This document shows, piece after piece, positions 1-10,300 of a DNA stretch of 64,000 nt (the stretch's first letter is position 1; each line of letters starts with the position of its first letter). Source of the DNA: an uncultured Verrucomicrobiales bacterium. Its GTDB lineage: Bacteria; Verrucomicrobiota; Verrucomicrobiia; Verrucomicrobiales; DEV007. The notes below the pieces were generated by a model. It searched no databases. It saw only the letters and a list, made by a program, of their open reading frames with translations, and was not told where the DNA came from. The stretch covers positions 699-64,698 of the forward strand of contig CALLLI010000016.1 of assembly GCA_938082635.1 (NCBI GenBank), written 5' to 3'. The translations under genes were made by a program, and so were the position numbers.

Positions 1-33
1 AGACACACTTTCCGCTGAATCATAACCCGCTAG

Positions 34-891
34 TCATAGTGCTGGTCCCCCGCACGCGAAAGCAGAAAGCTTGACAAGACGAGGATGGTCTGCGGCGTGG
101 CTTCCTGCATCTGATTCACATCCGATTCTGGTGAAAGCCAGCCCCCAACCTCGATTGCCGAACGAGGCACGCCCTGCGCCATCAGGTGCTGACGACCCGT
201 CTGCACACGTTCTTTGTACAGTTGCCATGGCCCTTCGCAGCCTCCACTCTCAGAAGATTGCCGATACTAGCAGGAAACGACACGGCGTCTTCGCAGCCTG
301 AGCCACAGACAGAATCGCTCGCATTTCCGCGCCAAGGCGTTGCCACTTCACAGCTTCGCTCGACGCCACTTTCGCCTGGTCAGGCAGATAACGAACCGGG
401 ATCGCCGCCAGGTCACGACTCCTTCGATGACACTCCTTTCGCTGAAGATCGACCAATCCCGTCATGTCTACCAAACCAACTCCGAGACTTGGTATCAAAG
501 ACTCCGCCTGCACCAACCAGGAGTGATCGCCCTCACCCGAGAGGGCGAAACCCGCTTCAGAAGGTGGCCGCACCACAGTGCGTTTCAGTCGGGGGCGTCA
601 ACGCCAGCAAGGCCCGATCCAAACGAGCCCCTGAGCTGCGGTATCCATTGAGCGAAAGGGTGCAACACTCATGACGACCGGATCATTCGGAAAAGCAGCG
701 TTCACGCTGGCCTCAGCGTCCAACACCTCAGGATCCGCCAGCGCCTGAAATCGTGACGTCCGCCAGGAGCGAGATTCCTCGGTGATAACCACGCCAGGCT
801 GCCCTTCAAGGTGGGCACGCACATTCTCATGCAACTGTTTCGTCTGCCAACTCTTCCAAAGCCATCCCATCAGAAGCACTCCAAGACCCAC
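34..891 (-). pseudogene. Possible disrupted membrane-anchored protein. Three ORF fragments (598-891, 250-576, 34-228) lie in one reading frame, separated only by single stop codons.
   Basis: The three track ORFs are congruent mod 3. A hydrophobic segment FIFLAVGLGVLLMGWLW lies at the 5' end. TGA 598-600 and TGA 247-249 are in frame. A different frame near the 3' end reads WQLYKERVQTGRQHLMAQGVPRSAIEVGG, which is faintly OmpA/MotB C-terminal-like. No family is confidently recognised. Confidence 0.2.
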
Positions 892-1078
892 GGCAAGGAA
901 GATGAAGAGCCGGGGAGATTTCTTGCTTACCTCTTCGCGTTGTTACTCAATGAGGCAATTTTCTAACAATGGCCTAGCTGGCTTCAGCGCCTCGCCATCC
1001 CCTTCATATGCCGCCAGTTCGGCTCCATAGTTCTCATGGAGCTCTTCGAGCACAGCATGGAAATGGTCACGGCAACTC

Positions 1079-1366
1079 TCAGCGGCGTTTCCTGTAAGAA
1101 CGATAGCGACATAGGCGCAGGGCCCATGGAACAGCCTCCTTCTCCTTCACATCCCCACCTTCAGGAAAGAGGGTCCCAGCCATGGACTGCAAGGCTGCTG
1201 CAACGTCGCCTCGTTTCGCCATCATGTCAGAGGCGTGATTTGACTGCTCCTCAATGTAGGCATTGAGGTTCGCGCAGCTGTCCTGACGTTCCTTAAAAAG
1301 GCTCCTAGAAAGCGCTAAAGTATCCCGCTGGCTTTCTCCTTTAAATGCCTGGTGGTTTGCTCCCAA
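1079..1366 (-). CDS. Hypothetical protein (weak call). It may continue by frameshift into a second frame that stays open to TAA 943-945.
   Basis: A 95-aa track ORF lies directly downstream of, and co-directional with, 1376-1708. A second frame downstream reads HGPCAYVAIVLTGNAAESCRDHFHAVLEELHENYGAELAAYEGDGEALKPARPLLENCLIE-stop and has no start codon of its own. Confidence 0.25.
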   Translation of the reverse strand: MGANHQAFKGESQRDTLALSRSLFKERQDSCANLNAYIEEQSNHASDMMAKRGDVAAALQSMAGTLFPEGGDVKEKEAVPWALRLCRYRSYRKRR

Positions 1367-1375
1367 TTTCTGAAG

Positions 1376-1708
1376 CTATTTCCGAAACTGGGCCGCCGAT
1401 TGATCCAAACGTGCTGCCAGTCCCTTGAGATCGCCAGTTCGAGTCTGACGCTCAGCCTCTACCGACACCTCCAATTGATTGATTGATTCAATCAGCCGTG
1501 TCGACACCTCCAGCTGGCCCAACCGCTGCTCAAAGGACTCTCTCAGCGCCTCACGCTCAGACTGGACAGTCTTGTCCAACAGCTCAAAACGCTGCTCATA
1601 CATCCGAAGCCGATCGCCCAGGAGAACCTCCCGGACCGCATCCACACCTGTGTCACCTGCACCACCACCATTGGCGGCTACCTTCGTTGAAGACGATTCT
1701 TGTGTCAT
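1376..1708 (-). CDS. Hypothetical coiled-coil protein
   Basis: A 110-aa ORF with heptad-like E/R/L/Q-rich sequence (LRMYEQRFELLDKTVQSEREALRESFEQRLGQLE). It is divergent from the kinase gene across an AT-rich spacer. No family recognised. Confidence 0.45.
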   Translation of the reverse strand: MTQESSSTKVAANGGGAGDTGVDAVREVLLGDRLRMYEQRFELLDKTVQSEREALRESFEQRLGQLEVSTRLIESINQLEVSVEAERQTRTGDLKGLAARLDQSAAQFRK

Positions 1709-1878
1709 GGGCCTACCAGTTTCTCAGAAGTGAAAGGTTAGCCTTTTAAAATCTCAGTAAACTCGAAAGATCAGAGCAATTAACTGCCTAAGAAGGAGCT
1801 TCTGGAGTGAAATAAACATACAATTCTTGTATTATTTAGAATTTCTATAACTTTAACTCTATTCACTCCAGATATTGT

Positions 1879-3891
1879 ATGCACCCACGCTACGGCACTT
1901 CTCAAGTCTCGCCGCTCTCTCTGAGCTTCATCCACGCCCACATCGTCGGAGGAGACCTCAGAAGACGCCAGCACCTGCGCAATCACCTCGCCATGGCAGG
2001 CTTTGAGATCGAGATCGCCGAATCCGCCTCGCAGGCCTATCTGCTCATCCGTAAGGAACCTCCAGCTCTTCTCGTGATCTGTGATGACTTGGATACCAGC
2101 CCGGACGCACTCGGTATCTTGCGTTGGCTCAGCAATCAGGAGTTTAAAGACTCCGTGCACACCCTCGTCCTCTGTAACACCTCGGACAACGAACGCCTCA
2201 GCGCCCTGCTGCGTACCGGCGCCTCGGACCTGATCTCCCTCGACTTCAGCAAGAAGGAGCTGACCGAACGCCTCCAAATCGCCGAACACCGCAGCGATTA
2301 CCTCAGCAAGCGTCTCGCCGAGTCTCGCCAACTCAGGAAACAAGCCACCCAGTATCAGAAAGTCGTCAGCCATTGGCCTCAAGCCGCAATCCTGACGTCG
2401 AATCTCAGTCGCCCTATCAAAGAGGTTAATCAGCGTGCTTTGGAGATACTCGGCATGGACCATGAAGACGTCGTCGGGAAATACCTCTCGCTCATCCTTC
2501 CAGAACTCTTCGAGCGCGATGACTTCATTCCCTACGAAGACTTCTCCAAGAACCCGCAACGCATTGAGGAAGTCCTCTATGAAAGCGCCGATGGCAATGT
2601 CCTTCTAGAAGTGCGCATCGTCGGCATGGAATGGGGCAAGGAAGGCGCCGTCCTCATCACCTTTGAAAACGTCGGTCGCATGCAAGCCATCGAACGCAGC
2701 CGCAGCCGGGTGACTCAAGTGGAATCCGTTCGCCGCTTCGCTAATGAAATGGCCCACGAATTCAATAACATTCTCACGGTCGTCAACGGCAACTTATCGC
2801 TACTCTCAAAGGCTGAAACGAACCTTTCAGAGCCATCGGCTCAGCTCATCACCACGAGCCAGCAAGCGTGTCGACGTGCAAGCGACCTTGTCAAACGCCT
2901 CACCAAACAACGCGATTTCGGCCAGCCCAAACTGGCGCCCATCGACGCCGAAGCGGTCGTCCGAAAGGCCTGCCAAAATGCGGTGCTCAGCCCACGCGCA
3001 GAAGTCAACGTCATCACCCCAGACGAGCTCTGGCCCGCCATCGCCGACGCCCAGCTCCTGGGCGAAGCCGTCAAAGCCCTGCTGAAGAATGCCGACGAAG
3101 CGCTTTCTAATAGTGTAATTGAAGTCGATCTCGAAACGCTCGCCCTCGGCGAAGACACCTCACTCCCGCTGCACCCAGGCGACTACCTCCGCATCACCGT
3201 GCTTGATCAAGGCACCGGAATCGAAGCTGAGGCCGCCGAACGTGCCTTCGAACCGTTCTTCTCCACACGCAATGAAGCCGAAGGGCTAGGACTCACCCTA
3301 GCCCTCAAGATCGCCGAAGACCACGGAGGCACCCTCCACATCGACGATTCGCCCACCGGCACCGGAGCCTGCCTCGTCCTCCACGTCCCAGCTGACCACA
3401 CCGCCCACATCACCCCCGAGGAGCCCACCTCCGAGCTGGTGGAAGAAGCAGCCATTGAAAGTAGTTTCGGATCCTTAACGGAAACACCCAAACCACAAAC
3501 ACCTAAGATTCACATTCCTCGTGTCCTCTTCATGGACGACGAACCTGACATTCGCACTATCGTTGATAAAATTCTCTCGGCCCACGACTTCGACATCACC
3601 TGCGCCGCCTCTGGCGAGGAAGCCATCGACGCCTACTACCGTGCAATCGAGGAAAAATACCCCTATGACGTTCTCTTGCTAGACCTCGAAGTCGTCGGCG
3701 GAATGGGAGGCAAGGACACCATCGCCATCCTCCGCCAGGACTTTCCCCAAATCAAAGCCGTCGTCACCACAGGCTACCTCAACGACACGGTTCTCACCAA
3801 CCACCGCGAGCATGGCTTCTCAGGCGTCCTAACGAAGCCCTTTCAGATGGAAGACCTCATCTCCATCCTGAAAACTTTGGCGACTGCGTAA
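1879..3891 (+). CDS. Hybrid sensor histidine kinase / response regulator (degenerate N-terminal receiver, PAS, HisKA, HATPase_c, C-terminal receiver)
   Basis: H-box FANEMAHEFNNILTVVNGNLSLL. N-box LLKNADEAL. G-boxes DQGTGI and GLGLTLALKIAE. C-terminal REC VLFMDDEPDIR...DVLLLDLEVVGGMGG...KAVVTTGY...KPF. N-terminal REC-like region LLVICDDLD. PAS-like region between. Confidence 0.9.
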   Translation: MHPRYGTSQVSPLSLSFIHAHIVGGDLRRRQHLRNHLAMAGFEIEIAESASQAYLLIRKEPPALLVICDDLDTSPDALGILRWLSNQEFKDSVHTLVLCNTSDNERLSALLRTGASDLISLDFSKKELTERLQIAEHRSDYLSKRLAESRQLRKQATQYQKVVSHWPQAAILTSNLSRPIKEVNQRALEILGMDHEDVVGKYLSLILPELFERDDFIPYEDFSKNPQRIEEVLYESADGNVLLEVRIVGMEWGKEGAVLITFENVGRMQAIERSRSRVTQVESVRRFANEMAHEFNNILTVVNGNLSLLSKAETNLSEPSAQLITTSQQACRRASDLVKRLTKQRDFGQPKLAPIDAEAVVRKACQNAVLSPRAEVNVITPDELWPAIADAQLLGEAVKALLKNADEALSNSVIEVDLETLALGEDTSLPLHPGDYLRITVLDQGTGIEAEAAERAFEPFFSTRNEAEGLGLTLALKIAEDHGGTLHIDDSPTGTGACLVLHVPADHTAHITPEEPTSELVEEAAIESSFGSLTETPKPQTPKIHIPRVLFMDDEPDIRTIVDKILSAHDFDITCAASGEEAIDAYYRAIEEKYPYDVLLLDLEVVGGMGGKDTIAILRQDFPQIKAVVTTGYLNDTVLTNHREHGFSGVLTKPFQMEDLISILKTLATA

Positions 3892-4346
3892 TCAACAACA
3901 ACCCTCAGACCGGAACGTCAGCCGCCTTAAAAGGCGAGCGGTAGCCCTACTGCCCGCTTGCGCAACCAACTTGCCGCAAACTTCGATTGCCAGCCTCACC
4001 TTGTTCACGCTGCCTAACATGAGGAGCTTCTTGGCGGCGAACATCTTTGCAGCAGCCTTTCCCCCTGCCATGGCGACGCCACCAGACGGGCCCTGATCCT
4101 TAACACCTAAGAGATCGGGCGACGTTCATGACTGTTGCGCAACTTGCGGGCCGTTTAAACGTTAGCCCAATTCACCCTCACGTTGACACCGACGATCAAG
4201 ACCTCTCCCGGAATGGAACGCTGTCCCATAATTTGAATTCGGAGGATTCTACAACTTAAACCCTTATTTGACAGACTAAGGGTCTACGCTATCCTTGCGC
4301 CCTCATTTCCAGGAGGCTCAAACCTATTTCACACGGGCCCCGGAAT

Positions 4347-7190
4347 ATGCTTAACCAAGCTAGATCTACGAACCAACTACCCAACATCATGGCAAAGAAA
4401 TCGGCAAAGAAAGCCGCTCCTAAAAAGAAGGCAGCACGCAAGTCGGCTGCACGTGGCCTCAATAAATCCGTTTACTTCTTCGGTGGCGGTAAAGCTGACG
4501 GCGACGGCTCTCAGAAGGCTCTCCTCGGCGGCAAAGGTGCGAACCTTTCCGAGATGTCACTCATCGGTCTTCCCGTGCCTGCTGGCATGACGATCACGAC
4601 CGAGGTCTGCACACACTACTACGAGAACAAGAAGTCTTATCCCAAGACGCTCGACGCAGAGATCAAATCCAACATTGCCAAGATCGAGAAGGTCATGGGC
4701 AAGAAGTTCGGCGATCTCAAGAATCCTCTTCTCCTTTCTGTCCGTTCCGGTGCTCGCGAGTCGATGCCTGGCATGATGGACACGATCCTGAACCTCGGGA
4801 TCAACGACACCGTCGTGGAAGCCCTTTCCGCCAAGACCGGCAACTCCAAGTTCGCTTGGGATAGCTACCGCCGTTTCTTGCAAATGTATGGCTCCGTCGT
4901 CATGGGCGCGGAAGCACACGAAGGTGAGCACCACGATCCTTACGAAGTCATTCTCGATAAAGCCAAGGCCAAGGCCAAGGTCAACGACGACTCCGGTCTC
5001 GAAGAAGCCGACCTCCGTTGGGTGGTTGCTGAATTCAAGAAGCTTATCAAGAAGCGCAGTGGCCAGACTTTCCCAGAGGATCCCATGGATCAGCTCTACG
5101 GTGCGGTGAACGCTGTCTTCAATTCCTGGCAGAACGACCGTGCGAAGGTTTACCGTCAGAAGTACAGCATCCCTGCTGAGTGGGGCACGGCTGTGACCGT
5201 TCAGGCCATGGTCTTTGGTAACACCGGTCCTGCTTCAGGGACGGGTGTCGCCTTCACACGTGACCCGGCCACAGGCGAGAACGTGTTCTACGGCGAGTAT
5301 CTCATCGATGCTCAAGGTGAGGACGTCGTCGCTGGTGTGCGCACGCCGAAGCCAGTGGCTGAAATGGCCAAGGACTTGCCCAAGTCTCACAAAGAACTCC
5401 TCAAGATCCGCAAGGTTCTCGAGAAGCACTTCCGCGATGTGCAGGACGTTGAGTTCACCATCGAAGAAGGCCAACTCTGGATGCTGCAGACCCGTAACGG
5501 TAAGCGCACTGGTTTCGCTGCGGTGAATATCGCTCTCGACATGGTCAAAGAGAAATTGATCACGAAGGAAGAGGCCATTCTCCGCATCCCTGCAGACGAC
5601 CTCAGCCACCTCCTCGCGCCGATCTTCGACGCATCTACGGAGCGCCAAGCCAAGGTCATCGGTAGCGGTCTTCCGGCCGGCCCTGGTGCGGCTAGCGGTC
5701 GCATCTACTTCACTGCGGAGACTGCGGTCGCTGCTGCGGCTAAAGGCCAGAAGGTCATCCTCACACGCCAAGAGACGTCTCCAGAAGACCTTCGCGGCAT
5801 GATCGCTGCAGAAGGCATCCTTACGACACGTGGTGGCGCTTCTTCTCACGCAGCGCTTGTTGCCCGTCAGATGGGCAAGATCTGTGTGTGTGGTGCCCAC
5901 GACATGGAGATCAACTACGTGAAGAAGACTCTGTCAGGAAATGGCGTCACCTTGAAAGAGGGCGACTTCCTTTCCCTCAATGGCTTCGTCGGCAACATCT
6001 ACGCTGGCGAACTCAAGACAGCTGCTTCTCAGGTCATCCAAGGCCTCATTGAGAACAAAGCTGCTGCCAAGAAGACCCCGACTTACAAGAAGTTCGTCGA
6101 ACTCATGAGCTGGGCTGACAAGCTCCGTAAGCTTGGTGTCCGCACCAACTCGGACACGCCAGACCAGGTCAAGACGGCCATCAAGTTCGGTGCTGAAGGC
6201 ATCGGCCTGACACGCACGGAGCACATGTTCTTCGAAGGCGATCGCATCGACGCTGTCCGCGAAATGATTCTCGCAGACGACGACGCTGGCAAAGCCAAGG
6301 CACTGAAGAAGCTTCTTCCATACCAGAAGAAAGACTTCATCGGCATCTTCACGGCGCTTGCTGGTCGTCCAGGAACGATCCGTCTCCTCGATCCACCGTT
6401 GCATGAGTTCATCGGCACGATGACGCCTGCGCAGATCAAGGACCTCGCCAAGAAGCTCAACGTAAAGCCAGCCGCCATCAGCGCGCGTATTTCTGCGCTG
6501 CATGAAGAGAACCCAATGCTCGGTCACCGCGGTTGCCGTCTCGGCATCGTCTACCCAGAGATCACCAAGATGCAGGCCACGGCCATCCTCGAAGCGGCTG
6601 TCGCCGTCCAGAAGAAGGGCATCAAAGTCTTCCCTGAGATCATGGTTCCTCTCGTCAGTTACGCCAAGGAGCTCGAGCTTCAGCGCGCTGTCATCGACGA
6701 AGCGGCTGCTGAAGTTCGCGCCAAGCACAACCTCAAGGCTAGCCAGCTGAAATACACGGTCGGCACCATGATCGAGATCCCACGGGCGGCTCTCACGGCT
6801 AACGAAGTCGCCAAGCACGCTGAGTTCTTCAGCTTCGGCACCAACGACCTCACACAGACCTGTCTCGGCCTCAGCCGCGACGACTCCAGCTCCTTCTTGC
6901 CAGCCTATCAAGAAGCTGAAGTGGTCAACGTCAATCCCTTCGCAAGCCTCGACCAAACCGGTGTTGGTCAGCTCGTCGAAATGGGTGTCGAGCGTGGTCG
7001 CCAAACGGTGCCCAATCTCAAGATCGGTATCTGTGGTGAGCACGGCGGCGAGCCTTCGTCCGTCAAGTTCTGCCACCGCGCCGGCCTCGACTACGTCAGT
7101 TGTAGCCCGTTCCGCATCCCGATCGCGAAACTCGCCGCTGCCCAAGCCGCTCTCGAAGAGAAAGGCCAAGCTCGCGCTGAGCTTAGCTAA
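4347..7190 (+). CDS. ppdK: Pyruvate, phosphate dikinase. The likely start is ATG 4389, giving a Lys/Ala-rich N-terminal tail.
   Basis: Hallmarks present: [28 protein letters not shown], phospho-His loop [19 protein letters not shown], and C-terminal PEP-utilizer motifs GTNDLTQ and [14 protein letters not shown]. Length ~930 aa. Confidence 0.95.
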   Translation: MLNQARSTNQLPNIMAKKSAKKAAPKKKAARKSAARGLNKSVYFFGGGKADGDGSQKALLGGKGANLSEMSLIGLPVPAGMTITTEVCTHYYENKKSYPKTLDAEIKSNIAKIEKVMGKKFGDLKNPLLLSVRSGARESMPGMMDTILNLGINDTVVEALSAKTGNSKFAWDSYRRFLQMYGSVVMGAEAHEGEHHDPYEVILDKAKAKAKVNDDSGLEEADLRWVVAEFKKLIKKRSGQTFPEDPMDQLYGAVNAVFNSWQNDRAKVYRQKYSIPAEWGTAVTVQAMVFGNTGPASGTGVAFTRDPATGENVFYGEYLIDAQGEDVVAGVRTPKPVAEMAKDLPKSHKELLKIRKVLEKHFRDVQDVEFTIEEGQLWMLQTRNGKRTGFAAVNIALDMVKEKLITKEEAILRIPADDLSHLLAPIFDASTERQAKVIGSGLPAGPGAASGRIYFTAETAVAAAAKGQKVILTRQETSPEDLRGMIAAEGILTTRGGASSHAALVARQMGKICVCGAHDMEINYVKKTLSGNGVTLKEGDFLSLNGFVGNIYAGELKTAASQVIQGLIENKAAAKKTPTYKKFVELMSWADKLRKLGVRTNSDTPDQVKTAIKFGAEGIGLTRTEHMFFEGDRIDAVREMILADDDAGKAKALKKLLPYQKKDFIGIFTALAGRPGTIRLLDPPLHEFIGTMTPAQIKDLAKKLNVKPAAISARISALHEENPMLGHRGCRLGIVYPEITKMQATAILEAAVAVQKKGIKVFPEIMVPLVSYAKELELQRAVIDEAAAEVRAKHNLKASQLKYTVGTMIEIPRAALTANEVAKHAEFFSFGTNDLTQTCLGLSRDDSSSFLPAYQEAEVVNVNPFASLDQTGVGQLVEMGVERGRQTVPNLKIGICGEHGGEPSSVKFCHRAGLDYVSCSPFRIPIAKLAAAQAALEEKGQARAELS

Positions 7191-7242
7191 CGGCTAGTTA
7201 GGACACACACTTTCCTTACAGAGGAAAGCCCCCGTTTTACCA

Positions 7243-7280
7243 GAAGCCCCGAGCGCGGAAACGCCTCGGGGCTTCTTTGT
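7243..7280 (+). terminator. Rho-independent terminator after ppdK
   Basis: Perfect 11-bp stem GAAGCCCCGAG / CTCGGGGCTTC, extendable by GCG/CGC around a GAAA loop, followed by TTTGT. It lies 53 nt after the ppdK stop. Confidence 0.7.
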
Positions 7281-7371
7281 GGGCTGAGTTACTCCATGAA
7301 AAGGTTCATGGAATCTTGGAAAGATTAGATCCTATTGAAAGTCATCCACCATCACTAGCAGGTTATTTGGC

Positions 7372-10300
7372 CTAACGAGCAAGAAAAGCACGAAGGCTGC
7401 TATTGTTCACGGTGACGACGATATCGCGCTTCAGATCACCATTGAGATCCGTAAGAACGACTCCTTTCGCATCGCCAGGAACGACGAGACCACTTTCGTG
7501 TGGCCACATAGGACGGAAGTTACCTTTGCCATCTCCAGCGAGAAGAAGAGATACGCCGCCGTCCATGTTGCCTGTCTCGCGTTGTGGACTGTTGGAGTTT
7601 CCGATGAGGTAAACATCTGGGTGCCCGTCAGACGTCAGGTCTTCGACTACGATGCCGTAGACAGGAAATGCCTGGGCAAGTCGTGGAAGCGGTTGGAAGC
7701 GGAAACGCCCCTTGCCATCATTCAGGAAGACGCCGGATTCCAGCGTGTTGGCCTCGAAACGAAGCGCATTCTTGAGCCTGGTGTTTGAATAAATCGCCTC
7801 GAGCGATTTATTAGCAAATGAATGAAACGTTGTTAGCTTCGATTTCAAGGCAGGCATGGCATTGCTAGAGCAACTGTACCCACGGTGTGGAAGCCAAGTT
7901 TCGCCCTCAAACTTCGCCTCCAGGATGCGCAGCTTTCCCGTGCCATCGAAGTCACCGTAATAAAGGAGTTCGGGAGCTTTGTACTTGGTGTTCAGCCCGA
8001 CATTTCCCGCCACGAGATCAATGTCACCATCGCCATCCACGTCGGCAGCCGCAAGACTGCTCCACCACCCGCTTTGGTTATCATGACGTGGCTTTGCCAG
8101 TGTTCCTTTGAGGTTCTCGAACACCTGGATGGGCCCCCACTCCGTGGCAACGACAAGATCGGGCCAGGTGTCGCCGTTGGTGTCTGCCCAAACCGCCGCC
8201 GTGACCATGCCCAACGACTCCATGCCGAGATCAATGAACCGCACGTTCTCTTTAGAGCTCTCGTTGCGTAAGAGTTGGCTCTGCGGCGCTTCAGGATATC
8301 TGCCAGGAATGACACGTCCACCAATGAAGAGATCAAGGTCGCCGTCCTTGTCGAAGTCCGCTGCCGCCGCAGGGCCTCCACTCGCAGCCATGTTAGGGAG
8401 CGCAGCCGGAGCATGCGTGAAGGTTCCCCCGCCATCATTTAGGTAGAGCCGATCTTTGAACACAGCCGCCCCGGCCTCGCCTTCCACGCCACCGCTCACG
8501 ACCAGAAGATCCTGATCGCCATCTCCCTCAGCATCGAAGAAGAGTGGCGTGATGTCTTCGCTCGTAGCGTGTTGGGCAAAGGCGTTGGCTCCCTTGTTCG
8601 GTGATTTCTTGCGCACATAGACCTGGCCGGGCGTGCCCGCACCTTGCGCCAAATAGAAGTCGTCCTGACCATCGCCATCCACATCGGCAAAGGCTATGCC
8701 AGGCCCGAGTTGAGAGTGTTTGGTGGGAAGCAGCGGCTGCCGCGCGAAGTCATCGTAGGGTTCCTCACGGTGACGGATGCCTTGAAGCAGGGTGTTCTCC
8801 GCAAACAGAGGTTGGAGCTTCGGGCGCTTCTCTACCTTTGGTTTCCCACTGGGTTCCGTGATCGTGTAGTGCGCTCCAGCTGCGAGATTCTCGAACTGCT
8901 GCCGATGACCACTCGGCCAGCGCACGGTCAGTTGCGCCACTTCGGCGCTCTCGCCAAGCCCGAAATGAATCACAGGATCCGGTGCGGACATGAACCCGCG
9001 TGCGGATGTTAGGTAACGCGTGAGGGTTTCGCTAGAGTCCTGGAGTCGCACCTCCACCTTGGTCCCAAGTCCGAAGCGGTTGCTACTCGTGCCCACCAGA
9101 CTGATCGCGAGCCGGTTCTTTGAAGAACCTTGATTGCGGTAAACCGTCGGCGGTCCGTTGAAATTATTCATCACGATATCAAGCGCTCCATCGCCATTCA
9201 AATCCGAGAGCGCTGCTCCGAAACTGACACTGTGCTTGTTGAGCCCCCACACTTTGCCCGCCTCCGTCATCTTCAGGTCGCCTCCATTGCGAAACACGCG
9301 GTTGCTCTGTTTTAGAGGCTTCTGCGCATACCAAAAGTCGTAATAAGTGTCCCACCCGTCGCGAGACGGTGCTTTGTCGCTAAGATCACTGTTGAGCCAA
9401 TCCCGGCTCATACCGTTGGTGACAAAGAGATCCTCGTTTCCATCGTTGTCGAGATCGCCAAAGTTGACCGACCACGTCCAATCGGTCTTCGATACGCCGA
9501 GCAAAGCGGCCACTTCCATGAAGTGCTCCGTCCCCGAATTCAAATAGAAGGCGTTGCGCATATACTGCGGCGGCGTGGGGAAGTTTAGAAACCAGGCATC
9601 GCTGTCCGGCCCGGACATGTTGCCCATCTGCATCTTCTCGTTGTAGTGCGTGCTGCCGGCCATGTCCGTGGCAAGGAGATCGAACAGGCCATCGTTGTTG
9701 ATATCCGCAATATCCGCACCCATGGAGAACCAGGGGGTGTGTGGCAAGGACGTCTTCGTCATGTCGGTGAAGGTCACCTTCCCTTGCGCGTCAGGGCCGT
9801 TATTCGTCCAAAGTTGATCAGGTCCAAAGAAGTCGTTCGCCACATAGAGATCGGGCCACGAGTCGTCGTTCCAATCCCACCAGGTAGCCGAAAGTCCATA
9901 GTGGTTGCCGCCCATACCAACGTCCTGTGTCACCTCCGTGAAGGGCTTGTTAGGGCCTTCATTGCGATAGAGATGGTCATATTGGCCGGCATCAATCTTC
10001 TTCAGGCTGCCGTCGGGCATGACGATCATATCGGCATACTGGCGAAACGCTTCAGGAAGCACGGGCTCACCGTTAGATCCACGGCTAAGTGAGAACTTCT
10101 CTTCCCGGAGGGCCAGTGGGGCTGGCATTCGATTGGTGACGACGAAGAGATCCAAATCGCCATCCCGATCATAGTCCGCGAAGGTGCCAGTAATGCTAGC
10201 ACCACGGTGATCCACGCCGAAGGCCTTCGCACTTTCCACAAGGACGCGCTCCCTACCCTTGGCCCGGTTGAAATAAAGCCGATTGGGGCAATCGAAACCG

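Noticed and set aside
1822-1843. AATTCT-N10-AGAATT inverted hexamers in the AT-rich divergent promoter region upstream of the histidine kinase
   Set aside because: Such hexamers are expected by chance in AT-rich DNA, and there is no second copy.
1780-2559. 259-aa minus-strand ORF
   Set aside because: It is antisense to the 5' half of the hybrid histidine kinase. It has no motifs, and the kinase frame is clearly the real one.
3892-4071. 59-aa minus-strand ORF (MAGGKAAAKMFAAKKLL...SEGCC) in the kinase-ppdK spacer
   Set aside because: There is no RBS, no family resemblance and no partner genes. It is most likely chance in a GC-rich spacer. It is kept only as a note because the 455-bp spacer is otherwise unexplained.
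5934-7169. 411-aa minus-strand ORF
   Set aside because: It is entirely antisense to the strongly supported ppdK gene. Its composition is low-complexity and D/E/A/L/R-rich, typical of the mirror frame of a GC-biased gene. It has no motifs.
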